Notes: generated from the sequence alone by a model not told the origin. Shown: positions 25,439 to 39,375, counted from the first letter of the stretch. The stretch is DNA of 62,011 nucleotides from Neoconidiobolus thromboides FSU 785 (GCA_025603075.1 MU626382.1:1-62011); one strand, 5' to 3'. Numbers and translations are program-made.

Positions 25439-26740
25439 ACATTACTCTCTTTTAAAATATATCAATATCAATATCAATATTTTCAAGGATGAATTGATAC
25501 CAATAAAATAGCAAAAAAGGAGATATGTTTTCAGTTAGAAAATAAAAATTGGACTTAATTTGTAATATCAGTTAAAATAGTGATATTAAATATTAGTAGT
25601 AGTTCAATTTATTGTAAGAATCCAAAGTTTTTTTTACTATTAACATAGAAATACTTTAAAATAAAAGTATCATATTAATTTTATTATAGAATACTAATAA
25701 AGTGCCACTATTCAAAAAGTTCTTATTCTATTCAACTGAAATTTATTAAAGCCACTTTTCGATCTTTATTAGAATTTAGATTTTGCCCAGATAATCTGTT
25801 AAATCTTGAAATTAATTGAAGTTGACTATTAACTATTAATAGATACTACTTCTATTACTTAGAATATTATATTAACAGTTATTTAAAATGTTGATTTTGA
25901 TTTCTGTGCAAAACCACAATTTTTGATTAAAAAATCAACAAAACCACCATAAAATAGAATAAATTGTAAGGTTACAAATTGAGATCACTAAGTAAAAGGA
26001 TAAATCAACCATCCCACTTTATTTACAAGAACTTTAATAAAAGTCATAATTTTTTTATTCTATAGAGTAAATAACTCATTTTCTTTGAAATCATTTATTA
26101 CTTTGCTATTTTTAGATTTTACTTATTCATTTAGGCTTATTTACAATCCATATTTTTATCTCTTTTTATTTTAATTTTTTTTATTAAAAAAATTGAATTA
26201 CTTTTATAGATAAATTTTATTAACTATATACTCAATAACTTTATACTACAGAATCAACGCATATCTGTTATATAAAGTATTTCATTTTGACTTTTGTACA
26301 CTCAATGTTGATATAAATTTCATTTTTAATATATTGTAAATAAAATTACGCCTGTTTATAATTCATACTTGAGTAATAAATAACACTTGTGATAAGTTTG
26401 TCTATTTATTTAGAATCTTCGATGTTATCAAAATAAGCTATCTCTATCATAATCTAGTTAATCCTCCATATGACTTAGATAGAATATCATACTTATTTTT
26501 CATTTTAGTTTTTGATAGTCAAATTCATCAGATTAAGATTCTAAAGTATAAAATATATAGAACAAAAAGATTTCAATTTTGTTTAAACTATTATAGTGTA
26601 TTTTCAACATGTATATTATATGTTTATGTTCTTTTTTGATATTAAATAATATTAGTTTATCAAATTACAGTTCCATTTATTGATATTGATTCCGAATTTT
26701 CTTTTTTTATACTTTTCTATACTTTTATTAAGTAGTATAT

Positions 26741-26838
26741 GGGGATGTTTTTTTTGCTTCATTACTTTTTCCATCTTTTAAGCGCTATTTACGTGGAAAA
26801 ATTATTACTAAAATTATTAAATACAAAAATACACCCCC
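26741..26838 (-). mobile_element. ~98-bp MITE copy
   Basis: Full length, flanks ATAT/ATAT. Confidence 0.85.
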
Positions 26839-26992
26839 ATATATAATAATTTGAATTGTTTTTTTTTTCAAAGATTAAAGGATGAATCCCATGATATTCT
26901 TTATTTATTATCAATTTTATACTGAATGAAAGGAACACAGTATGTGAAATTAAAAAATGTTTGAATTTTAATTTATTCTCTAGATTATATAT

Positions 26993-27091
26993 GGGGATGT
27001 TTTTTTTAGTTTCATCACTTTTTCTACTTTTTAAATGCCACTTGAACAGAAAAATTGTTAGTAAAATTTTTAAACACAAAAATACATCCCC
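26993..27091 (-). mobile_element. ~98-bp MITE copy
   Basis: Full length, flanks ATAT/ATAC. Confidence 0.85.
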
Positions 27092-28902
27092 ATACCTTGT
27101 TTTTATAATATATTAAATAAAATATTTAAAAAATTATACAAATAGATAAAAATTCTTTAAACTTAGAACCATTTCAAATCTAGATTATAGTATAAATAAT
27201 AAGGGGTCAATAAATAAGTGGATCAAACATTACAAATCAAATAAGTTGATTAAAAAGTAAAATTTCTCTTGAACCTTGAACCTTGAATCTTGAGTTATTA
27301 AACATCCAATTAATTTTGTTAGTATTTAAATATCATATCAATTTTTTATAAAAGCATCAAAATGAAAAGTGAGCTAGTATTTATTACTTAACAAACAACG
27401 ATACGGAGTTATAATAGCATGATTAGACATAAGCCTTGTAAGATTAAGAGTATAACTTTAAAAATTACTTACAAGGGGTAACACTTACTTTATCAAACAC
27501 TATATTTAGTTGTGATTATTTATTTTATATCTTTATTAATAGTAAACCATTACATTATCATTATTCAATATAACTGCATGTTTGAACTTACTACATTGAT
27601 TATGGATTACAACAGTCTATAAAATAAAATCTTGAATATAAAAATTGGATAAATGAAGTAGCTATTAATCAAGTTTATTTACTAAATAAACTAAATACTA
27701 AAATGAGCACGATAAATAAAATTAGTTTATAAAATAGATAAATACATATATACATTTGACATTATATTTATTATTAATTTAGTCATCCCAAACTATAAAG
27801 AAAATCTAAAAAAGGAATCGATTAGTTATAGATTCTATTAAAGAATGTCCATTTAAAAAATTGAATTTTTCAGCTAAAATGAGAGTTGAAGGTAAAATGT
27901 TTATCCACAAAAGATTTCAGTACAGGTCTGAGATTTTTATCATCATATCATTTTAATAGAAACAAAAAGAAATAAGTTAACTTACATATTGAAATTTAAA
28001 AAGATAATTTGAATTGAAAATTCAACTTTTTTATTTATACTAATATTAATATCCTTTAGACCCCTACCATGACTTTTTAATAAAAAAAGATCTTTAAATA
28101 GTGATTGGTGGAATATGTTTTAAAGCTTTTAATTGGTAGATTAGTTTTGAAAAAATTTTGCTACTACTATTTTTTTAAAATAACCAATCAATCTTCGAGA
28201 AAAGTAAATTATTTAAACCACTTTTTAATCATCTTATTTTTTTTAAAATCAACTAAAGTCATAAAAAACACAATTATTTTAGTTTAAAAAAAAATATCTA
28301 ATTATTTCAATTGAATTATAAAATAAAATTTGCAATCAATAAACTATCTAATTTTTAATTTAACGTAATTATTTTTAAAAAAAAGATTACTTAATTTTCT
28401 TGGCCAAAAATAAGTAAAATATGTTGTTAATATAGTAGTATATCCTATGGTTGGTAACAAGTAGAAATAGAATTCAGTATTAACTAGTATGAATTTTAAT
28501 AGACGACTTTTGTTCACTTTTTTATTTAATAGGAAATTGCAAAAAAATAAACATTTATTGAGTAAATTATTAAAATAAAAAATTAATAGAATAACCCTCA
28601 TCAAAAAAATCAATTCTAAAAAATAGGCAAAGGGGGGTAACTTTATAGATTTCATTGGTTGAACCTTAAATTTTAACGAATAAATAACAAATTAATTTTA
28701 AGAGCTTTGTAATTTTCTCAAATTTGATGTAGTTTAAAAATAATTACTATTAAAAGCATAACTCAAGTCTTTTTCTTTTAATTTAATAATATTAACTTAA
28801 CTTGTATCATTTTTGTATATTTAATTCAATATAACTACAATTCAATAATAATTTAATAATAATTTAATAATAATTTAATAAAAGAATATAATATAAATCA
28901 AT

Positions 28903-30166
28903 ATGCAACTTCTTAATGATTATGGTTATAAAAATAAATTAAATATTGATAATAAAACATATTTATTAAATTTTAATACTATAAAAAAACAAATAGATAT
29001 TAATCAAATTGATGGAGATATTGCATTTTCTTTTAATGAAAACAAATTGTGTATTATATTTAATCAAAAATTAATTATTCAATGTAATGAACAAGAAATC
29101 AAGTTAGATGAGATTGTGGGAGATAATTTATGGTATGATATGGAAAGTCAAGTTGGTATAATAGTTAACGAAAAACCATTTAAGATGAAAAAGTTTATTG
29201 TATCAGAAGAAAATGGAAAGTTGAACATTAAATTTAATTTATTAAAAATACAAGATATGAATGTAAATGAATTAACGGGATTTAAAATTCAAGTGATTGA
29301 TAATACATTTTATTTAATTGGTGGATGGGATGAACAATTTAATATGAATCAAAAGATGCTAATAATAAAGGAAGTAAATAAAAAAGAGGATATTGAAGTT
29401 ATAAAATTGAATGAATGGAATGGTATTGTTTATCCTAATTTAATTAGTGAGTGTTTTATTTTTATTTTATTTTATTTTAATTAATTATATACTAGTTAAT
29501 CAACAAAAAGAAATTATATTAATTGGTGGTATTAAAAATAAAGAAATGGAATTAAATCAAGAAAATTATTTAATTAATAATCAAAAACAAATTAATAAAA
29601 TTAATAATAGTAATAATAATAATTTAATTCAATTGAATAGTATAGCCTCATATCAATTTCAATCAAACAATAATTATTATCTTATTGGTGGATATAGTCA
29701 ACAATTTATCAAATACAATAATTTAAATTATTATCAATTACAATCTAATAATCAATTAATACTTCAATCTGAAGCCAATCTAAATATTAATAATAATAAT
29801 AATAATGGATTTTTAACTTTTAATAAAAAACAAATTATCAATAGTGATGTTATTACAGATAATGACCTTAGTTTAAAGTTAGGTTTAGGTTTAGGTTTAT
29901 CAATTGGCTTATTATTATTAATTAGTTTTATTTATTTTATTTATAAGAAAAAAGTAAATTATAGACGACCACAATTTCAATTAAGACCGAAGAAATTAAA
30001 TCGTGTAAAAACATCAAGACAAAGTTTATTATGGGATGAAAACAACAATCCAGGAAATAATAATGATCCAGGAAACAATGATAATAATAATAATAAGGAA
30101 CTTAATTCCAAATTTAATTTAAGTAAAAGATTAGAACCAAGTTATCAATTAAATAAAATTGAATAA
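28903..30166 (+). CDS. Kelch-like repeat protein with C-terminal TM helix, Asn-rich (A), 2 exons
   Basis: Exons 28903-29446 and 29496-30166 (49-nt intron GTGAGT...TAG). Motifs FYLIGGW, IILIGG, YYLIGGY; TM LGLGLGLSIGLLLLISFIYFIY then KKK. Start uncertain, no signal peptide seen. Confidence 0.7.
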
Positions 30167-30193
30167 AAAAATAAATTAATATTAATGTTAATA

Positions 30194-30358
30194 TTAATGA
30201 ATAGATAATTGAGAATTAATACATCGATTCTTTCTAACATAACTTTCTTTTGGTTGTTGAATATCATTAATTTTAATATAAATATTATTGATATTATTAT
30301 TATTATTATAATATTCTTCATCCTTACTTGTTAATTTAAATATATCTTTATTAATTGA

Positions 30359-30409
<51 letters not shown>

Positions 30410-31780
30410 TGTATAATTTTTATTCATATCATTGGATAAATTATCTGTATTAATAATAAAATAACTCAATCGTCGTTGATTCCATTTATAAATAAAATAA
30501 ATAAATACACATATAATCATTAAGCTTACTATTATTGATATTATTAATATAGTTAACCAATGAGTATAATTCATACCTTTATTATTATTAGATCTTTCTA
30601 TTTTATTATTTAATTCCATTTGTAATTGATTTGTATTGAAATTGAAATTTAACTTTTTCATTGATTGAAAATCTAAAGTGTCACGATTTAATTGATATTT
30701 TAAAATATCAATATCTTTAGAATTAATATTATTAAATATTATTAATTGTTGATTGTTAAGATGATAATTATTATTAATTGTTATAGGATTAAGATTACCT
30801 ATAAATTTATTACCTTTTGTTATTGTTTTTGATGTAATATTCCATTTATAATTTAATTGATTTTCTATTATTTTTGAATTATCTACAGTTATTCCACCAA
30901 ATAAATAAATAATATCTTTATAAACTAACAAAATAAATTAATATATAAATTAATTAATTAATAAAATATTTTAAATAAATAATAATAACTTACTAAAACT
31001 AGTTTCATATGCTAATGATGGTAATTCAATATTATCAATCATTTTAACTTGATAATTATTGAAATTAATACACCAAATTTTAGAATTAAATTTAATATCA
31101 TTTTCATTTTCATTTTTATTTTTATTTTTATTTTCATTTTCATTTTCATTTATTACTCCAGAAAATAACCAAATTTCATTATTAACTTTTAATAATGAAC
31201 TACCAACTATTTCTTTTCCTTTAATATTTTTTAATAATTCATTGTTAATTAATTTGAATTCTATTTGAATTTGTTGATTTTTTCGTTCTAATTTAAAACT
31301 ATAAAACAAAACTTGTTGCTTTTGTATTTGTTGAAAGATAACTATTCCACTACGTAAAGTTGAAATTGATATTTGTTTTATTGGTATTATATTAAATAAA
31401 TTAATATTAATATTAAGTTCTAATAATTGACCTTCAATTGTAAAACATTGTTGTTGTTGTTGATTCAAATAACAAAAATAATCTTCATAAGGCAGAAATA
31501 ATCCATTTATTGTATTATCTTTAACTTCTATATTTAATTTCAGATCTAATTGCTCTTTAATTGTTAATTCATTTGAATCCATTTTAACTAATTTATAATA
31601 TTGTCTTGTTGATGTATTTGTAGGAAAATAAGAATAGATGAAATATAAATTATTATTAAATGAAAATAATGTATTTTTATTATTATCATTATTGATGTTT
31701 TCAATTAATGAAGTACTCATTATTATATTGATGTTAATTAATAATATTATTATTGATCTTAATATTATATTATTGTTCAT
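30194..31780 (-). CDS. Kelch-like type I membrane protein, Asn-rich (B), 2 exons
   Basis: Exons 31780-30994 and 30924-30194 (69-nt intron GTAAGT...TTAG). Hydrophobic N-terminus, EIWLFSG and IIYLFGG motifs, TM WLTILIISIIVSLMIICVFIYFIY, poly-Asn tail. Confidence 0.75.
30359..30409. repeat. (ATT)17 coding microsatellite (poly-Asn)
   Basis: Perfect trinucleotide run inside the 30194-31780 gene. Confidence 0.9.
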
Positions 31781-33245
31781 AATACTAATAATTGATTATA
31801 GTTGATTATAATAATATTAAATTGAATTTATAGTCAAGTAAATAAACGATAAAAGAAATAAAAGAGTGAAAAAGAAATTAAAAGATTGATTAATTAAAAC
31901 TAATCAACTAATATAATTTCTTTTATCGATCTTTTATTTTTGTTTTTAAAATATATTAATATCATAGAACTTAATTAATTACAATTAATAAATTTGTTAA
32001 ATCTTAAATATGATATTAAGAATAATATTACCTGTTTTATGTGGTTTTTTATTACTTTATTTGGAAAATTGAACTTTTTTTGATTTTAATTCAACTAATT
32101 TAACATTAATACTTTATTATTATATTATTAAATAAAATTATTATAATATCAACAATAATATAATACTTACTATTACTATTATTATTTTATATTGGAATTT
32201 AACTATAAATATAAACTAAAAGAATTTAAAAAATAATACGTTATTATTACATTAACCATAGTTATTAAAATCTAGTTTAAATTCTTTCAATCATAAAACA
32301 AGTTAATTAAAACACAAGAACATTTAATAAAATTAAATTCAGAAAAATAATATTATACTTCAATTCTATAAACTCAATAGTCCTATTTTTAATTTACATG
32401 ATATTTTCTAACTATAAAATTTAATTTTTAATAAAAATTATAAATTAAGTACCAAATACTAGTATAAAAAGTTTTTTTTTCCTTAATTCAAAATAACTAC
32501 TTGTATTGACATATCTTTTCGTTCAATTTTACTTAATACCTTTTTAAAAAATTGATATTAAATATTAAACGAACAAAAAAGTGAAATTGAATAATTTATT
32601 TTTAATTTTAACCAAGCTTTTAAACTTACTGATATATCAAAGTTACAAGCGTCTTAACATCCTTACTCTTAATGATATATCAACTGATAAATTGAAAGAA
32701 AGTAAAGTAAAATAAGTCTAACATTTGATTAGCAATAATAAGTTTTAAACTGTTTTTAGATAAACAGAAAGTAAATACTATGCTTTGGGTCAAATTACAC
32801 TAAATCAAAGTAACCAATAAAAGTATAAAAGCATAATTTGTTTTAAAAAATAAATAATAAAAAACCTCTTAATAACTTGGATAGTACTTGTATAAAATAG
32901 AGTTTGAATTTATAAAGTTCATCCATTTTCTTATAGTTCACCATTCTACTTGTCTCTTTTTCCCCTTTCATCTATAATTCTTACGATTCCATTTTTTTTA
33001 TACATTGACTTATTTCTAATAATAAAGTACTTGAACTTTATCTCTTTTATGTTATTTTTTTTTCAAAAAAAGCAATGAAAATAAATTTCAGTAAATGAGA
33101 TTTCATTGTTTTTATACTTTATATAAGTATAAAATGCATTAATTTATTATATTCTATTTTTGAATTAAGTATACTCATCATTAAATTAGTAATAGTTTTA
33201 ATATTCCTTTTCTTTATATAATTCTACAAAATGCATTCAACTTAT

Positions 33246-33343
33246 GAGGATATATTTTCATATTTAAGAATTTTAGTGATAATTTTTCCACTCAACTAGT
33301 ACTTAAAAGATCGAAAAAGTAATGAAGCTAAAAAAACATTTCC
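33246..33343 (+). mobile_element. ~98-bp MITE copy with a solo LTR inserted at its right end
   Basis: Removing the LTR and one CCTT copy restores flanks TTAT/TTAT. Confidence 0.82.
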
Positions 33344-33345
33344 TT

Positions 33346-33809
33346 TATAAAATATCCCTTTGTCAGTCCCATGGTTAATTATAGCATAACGATCGCCTAA
33401 GCTGTTGTGTTCTTGAGTTCAGAGAAAATCAATCCCACGTTCTTAGTTTGATTTGCTATGAGAATTTCTAACTCCATCCCAAAGAATATTATCTTTTCAT
33501 TTTGATATTTATACTTTTCAGAGTATAAAAGAGTTTACAGAGTATAGTAGTTCAAGGCTTTTTAACTGAATTATTCCCTGATATCTGGAACATTTAATAA
33601 AGCCACTAAGTTTTCTTAATAGTATTTTACGTAGATTTTACATTAGTATTATCTATTCTATTTGTCTTATATAGCTTGTAACCTATTACATGCTATTCCT
33701 CATAATCCAAGTCTATCTTAGTCACATAAACTAAGACCTTTCGACTTATAGAGTAGTCAACCCAGCAATAGCTGTTCTTGACTCCAAACACTGAGGATCA
33801 GATTTCACA
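33346..33809. mobile_element. Solo LTR, copy 3 (464 bp), inserted at the right end of a MITE
   Basis: About 90% identical to copy 1 by eye. Left end decayed to TATAAAAT, right end ATTTCACA, TSD CCTT/CCTT. Confidence 0.85.
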
Positions 33810-35340
33810 CCTTATGTTAAGTATTATTCATTTATAGCCACCACTTTCAAAGAGTTGACAATTTAATTAATAGTCCTGATAATAATGTTTTTAGTTTATC
33901 TTTTCCTAGTTTTTAATTTTATACTTTAGGAAAGTTGAATTCATAGCTTTCAAATAGCTAATCAATGTCATATTACAACATCATATTAAAATTATATAAA
34001 ACAAATAAGTAAATAAATAAACTTGGGTTAGTTTTTAACTTACCAATATACAATTCTATTTGTTGAATTTATTAGTTAATTGATCATTAAGTTTATTCTG
34101 TTATTTGTTTAGTTATATGATAAAGAGAGTACATATAAATTATAGAGTATGTAAGTAAATGAGTTAACAGTTCTTGATATTAGAATTTTAATTGTATTAA
34201 AGAACAAAAAATACAGTATTTATCAAACTTAACTTAATTTAATTTAGTTTAATTTAGTTAATTATAATTGATTTATATTAAAAATAATAGCTCTTACTTT
34301 AATTTCACTTATCTAGTTCAATTTAAATTTTTATTCAAATAAATCTATTTTTTATTACTATTACTATTACTATTACTATTACTAAATTATTTGAAATTTT
34401 GGAATATTTGATATATAAATATTTTCAATCTATTATGAATATTTAAAGAATGACTTCAATGAACTGTTAAAAATAGCTTCTAATTTTGTTCAAAATAAAA
34501 ATGAATAAAATAAAAATAGATCTAAAATTGCTTTTTTTATTGCAAAATTCTATCAATTTCTATTGGATTATATTAAATATTATTCATTTTTGCTTTGTGT
34601 TATTATTAAAAACTATTTAGAACCAATTATTTCTTTTTTGATATAATTATAATAAGTTAAAATAGAACATATTAAATTTTTATTATTAAAATAGAAAATA
34701 AAATAAAATTCAAAATTCCAAGCTTATTGAATTGATCAATACATTGCTGATATAGAAGAGTATTTCTAACTTTACTTCTTCGATTAAAACTAAAACTTAA
34801 TATTTCTATAGTTAAATTGAAATAACTAAGATTCTATAAACTAAATCTTTGGGATTAGAGCCAAATGATTCCATATTAGTCAACAATGGCGTATTTCAGA
34901 TTGATATGAACCCATTTTTTTCTAATTAAAATTAATGGCTTTAAAGTTGCCAGATAAAATTGTTATTACTTAATTTTTAATTAACTAAAGGTAAGCTTAC
35001 TTATTTAATAATTAATAATAATAAACTATTTTTATATTAAATAGTAATAACAATTTAACAAAAGCATGCTATAAAATACTGTTATTTGATAAGTTGAAAT
35101 TTTAAAACTTTAATTAAAATTATCAATGAGTCTCTGAATTCAAAAAATAAACCACTTTAATTAGTAAGAAGCCGAAATTTAATTTCAATTCAAAGTACAG
35201 AATATAATTTGAAAAAATCAAAATTAATTCCAACTAAATTACATATGATCAATATAAATAAACCCATTAATGAAATTAGTTTTCTATTTTTTAGTTTAAA
35301 AAAATACAATTAGCTACTTAATCCTTCACTATTATTAATA

Positions 35341-35729
35341 ATGCAATTAATTTCCTTCCTTCCTTTATTTTTAACTTCTATTTTAGCTGCTAATTTGCCC
35401 ACTATCACTTCTACAATTCCAGTAGGTAAGTTAACATTATTACATTAATAAATGAATTTATGATTAAATATTCTATTTATTTAGAGCTCACTCGGGTCAA
35501 TGGAGAACGAGTAACTCTTGGACCAGGTCCAGGTTGTTTTGGTACTTCTGGAAGTTTTAAAAATATTAAAGTAGGTTCTAGAGGCATTGTTGTATTTTAC
35601 TCTGATTATAATTGTAAAGGATCTATAATTGGTGATTATTTAGAAGGAGATGCTCAAATATTAGATCAATTAAGTCCACTTTCAATTGAAATTTTAGATG
35701 CTGAAGATGAAAGCTGTGGAACTTTGTAA
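35341..35729 (+). CDS. Small secreted Cys-containing protein, GPGPGCFG family member 1, 2 exons
   Basis: Exons 35341-35425 and 35485-35729 (59-nt intron): MQLISFLPLFLTSILAA...ELTRVNGERVTLGPGPGCFG...VFYSDYNCKG. Confidence 0.85.
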
Positions 35730-35850
35730 ACAAAGAGAAATTTTGTTTTTTATTATTAAATAATTCAAATTGATATTGAAATGATCTTAGTTATTATATT
35801 GTTAAGTGATTTTTTAAATTTTTTAAATATTTTGGAGTTGAATAGTATAT

Positions 35851-35949
35851 AGGAGTGTTTTTTTTGATTTCATTATTTTTTTTCCATTTTTTAAGTGCTA
35901 TTTAAGTGAAAAAACTTACTAGTAAAATTAAACGAGAAAACACATCCCC
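35851..35949 (-). mobile_element. ~98-bp MITE copy
   Basis: Full length, flanks ATAT/ATAT. Confidence 0.82.
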
Positions 35950-36723
35950 ATATTGAGTAGATTGAATTAAATACTACTTTTTTTGTATTTTAAAATCATT
36001 ATTGGGATCTTGTATTTTTTTGTTCACTGCTTTTAAACTATACTTATATATATATTGAATATCTGCTATTACATTTTGTTTATAGAATAGAATTATAAAG
36101 ACGGTTTTATTTCATATTACAATAAATTTAAAAAGTCTATCTGATTTTTTTAATTGAAGTTGAAACAGTAATATAAATAAACAATCTTTTATTATCTATT
36201 AAAGAATAATGCTTTTTTTTTAAGTGTTACTACTTTTAAATTATTTTTATATATAATAAAAATTATTATCAAATTATATAATAGTTATATTATAATAATC
36301 AAAAATATTTTTAAACTTTAATTAGAAAATAGCAAAACAATATAGATTATAACTTTTATAGGACTTCAAACTAGGTATTGAATCAAGTTAAAGATTTAAA
36401 AGCTTCCTCTATCAAAACTACAACAATAGACAATAACAAGGATTTTCAATAATGTTTATAACAAACTGTAACCACTTTCAAAAACAATGCATTATTACTA
36501 TCTTAAAGAATAGTAATATCTCCTTTTTTTATAAGGTGAATAAACTGCCGTTATTAATTCTTTAATAAAAAAATATATCAAGATTTATTATAAAGCATAG
36601 CAAAAATACAAAAAAGACAAACGATTTATTACGTTTTTAAATAGTGTAATATTACTTTATCTTATCAGTTTGAGTGTTATAGTTATTCCAAAAAGTCAAT
36701 ACTTATTGCTACTAAAAACCGAG

Positions 36724-36779
<56 letters not shown>
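36724..36779. repeat. (ATA)n microsatellite, about 18 units, non-coding
   Basis: Perfect trinucleotide run. The overlapping poly-Ile ORF looks spurious. Confidence 0.9.
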
Positions 36780-36780
<1 letters not shown>

Positions 36781-36954
36781 TATCCACTTAATATTACTTT
36801 AAACAAAAACTGGTACAATTTCAATTATACAACTTTAGATAAAGAACCGAATAGTAACAAAATTTCACTTTCAACCAACTTTAACACATGATTGTATCTA
36901 GTACTGAAAAATTACAATTGATAGGTTTATTTAAGAATTAATTAGTTAACAAAT

Positions 36955-37050
36955 GGGGATGAATATTTGCTTCAATTTATTGTTCCTTATTTATCTGACA
37001 TAAAATTTTAAAAATTATACTAATAAATTCTTAAAATAAAAAACACTTTC
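36955..37050 (-). mobile_element. ~98-bp MITE copy, strongly degenerate
   Basis: GGGGATG start, AAATTCTTAAAATAAAAAACAC near the end, expected length. Confidence 0.55.
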
Positions 37051-37366
37051 ATATAAAAATTTTAAAAATTTATAAAAATAGTCAAAATTAAGGTTAATAA
37101 ATTAGAATATCTGGAAACAAGAAGATTACTAAATTAGTGAATAACAATAATAATCAATAATAAAAAATGAAATTGTAAAGTTACTATGTTCTTAACAGGA
37201 ACAATAAATTATTTTATTAGTTGAATATGTGAGTCCATTTTTGGTTTTTCTTTGTTATAAACTTCACTTATTCAATAATTAATAAAACATAGTTAAAAAA
37301 AAGTTCAATAATAAACATAACAACATTAATTAAAAATAACACTTAAAATAATTCATATCATTTATC

Positions 37367-39040
37367 ATGTTTCAACTATTAATTACTTTAATTTCAATAG
37401 TTCAATATGTGTATTCCATTACTTTATCCGATATCAATCGAGTATCTAGCGTATCCAATGGCACTCAACTTTTTTACATCGATTCTTCAAGTCCTAATCC
37501 ATCTCAACAATTTCCTGAATCCATTATCAATTACAATGTATGGGATTTCAATTCACAATCTCAATTCCAAACAATTCCCACCACTGATAGTAAATTTGTA
37601 TCTAATACTGTCTTCTATTATAAATCTCAATTCTGTTTATTAACTGAATTAATTACAATTAATTGCTATTATCCTGATCAAAATAAGATGATAAAACAAA
37701 GATTACAACCTACAACTTCATTGGATAATAAATCCTTTTATTTATCAGGTCATACTATTACTCAATTAAAAGATAGTAGTTATATTATTATTGGGGGTAT
37801 GTTAACTCCTCCTTACAATAGTGGTACTCTTAAACCTAAAGCTTCAAGTTCAATTTTTCGATTAACTGAAGATAGGTCTTTATCTGTTGTTGAATATTCA
37901 TTGTCAAAATTTGGGTTTAATACTTTAATTGGCCATACTACTCATGTAATTAACAATCAATTATATATTATTGGTGGTGCAGATCCCACTAATGGAAATA
38001 AAGTTAATAATCAAATTCTAATTTTTAATCTTAATAATGGGGATTCAGAGACTATTAAAGGACTCCCTGTTGTATATCATGATTCTTTTGGTAAGTTATA
38101 ATTTAGTTTAATTTAATTGATTATAATTTATTAATTTCAATTTATAGTAAAAGATAACCAAATTTACATTCTTGGAGGTTATAATGCTAATTCCTCTGAT
38201 AATATCAATGATAATAATGTTATCCCCTCAAAGTCTGTTTACACTTTTAACCCTAATACTAATGAACTTAAAAAAAGTTCTCAAGATTTACCATATCGTT
38301 TATTAGGGTTTACAACAGCTATTAAAGACAATCAATGTTATTTAATAGGGGGTTATAGTTATTCTGAAGAGGAATCAAAATTGACTAGTTTCTTAAAAAT
38401 GTTAATATTAGATTTAAAAGATACTGATATTTCTGTTCATGATGAATTGGCTTTAAATCAATTTAATAAAAATCAATTTTTATCCGTTAATACTAATAGC
38501 CCAACTGATAATAATAACAATAATAATCAATCTAGTGGAGGTAGTAATTTAGGTAACTTAAAATAATATTATTTTAATTATAATATTCATTCTTTATTAT
38601 TATTATTAGGTGCCATTATCGGTGGTACTATTGGTGGTTTATTTGCTTTATTTATTATTATCTTCATTATTGTTTATTATTTACGCAAGAAGAGACGTCA
38701 AGAAGCCTATGAAAAAAGAAAAGCTGCTGTAAGAGCTGCTAGATTAGCCAAGAATCCTCATGATTCGGTAAAACCTATGTTAGCTAAACATAAAAATCCA
38801 AGTTTACCAATAATAAGTAAAAAATCTTTGGATCGTAGAAATTCTAATGCTTCTGTTTTATCAGCTGAAGAAGAGAGTGATATTATAATGGATGAAAGTA
38901 AAACGATTCCTGATAGAATTCAATATAAATCTACAGTTCTATCTTCTAGTGAATTTCCAACTGATCATTCAAAGCATGAGGCTGTTAAAGTTAACCATGG
39001 TTCGACTATATTATCTGCTAATTCAGATAGGTTAAATTAA
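37367..39040 (+). CDS. Kelch-repeat type I membrane protein (C), 3 exons
   Basis: Exons 37367-38090, 38148-38552, 38610-39040 (two 57-nt introns). Signal peptide; kelch motifs GHTITQL..YIIIGG, GHTTHVINNQLYIIGG, QIYILGGY, CYLIGGY; TM GAIIGGTIGGLFALFIIIFIIVYYL then RKKRR. Confidence 0.88.
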
Positions 39041-39375
39041 TAATAAATTGATTTATCGTATGTTATAATTCATCAGTTTTATTTTTTTGATACAAAGAAT
39101 ATTAAACGGCTATGTTTCTTAGTAACAAAATTACCCTTATTTATGATATCAATTCTTTTAGGTTACTGCACTGGCTCCCTTACCTATTTCTTAACTTTTC
39201 CAATTTATCTTCTTATTTTGAATCTTTAAAATCTTAGATGTCTTTTAATAAATCATATTGGTGTTTCAAAATGATTAATATAAAATATTTAATTTAAAGT
39301 AATAAAAAGAATAAAATGATGAATTAAGCTTATTAACAGGCTTTTTTAATAAAATAAGAATTTTCAACGCAATAA

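Noticed and set aside
27202-28066. AGGGGTC...GACCCCT as possible termini of a second, 860-bp element
   Set aside because: Only a 7-bp match, with no TSD and no second copy seen.
13790-34385. Short simple repeats (AAAAAT runs at 13790, TAAATAT at 23400, GAACCTT at 27270, an 11-mer x3 at 28855, TACTAT x6 at 34357)
   Set aside because: Ordinary slippage repeats in AT-rich DNA with no further structure.
36670-36891. 73-aa ORF with a poly-Ile run
   Set aside because: Product of an (ATA)n microsatellite; non-ATG start and no other coding signal.
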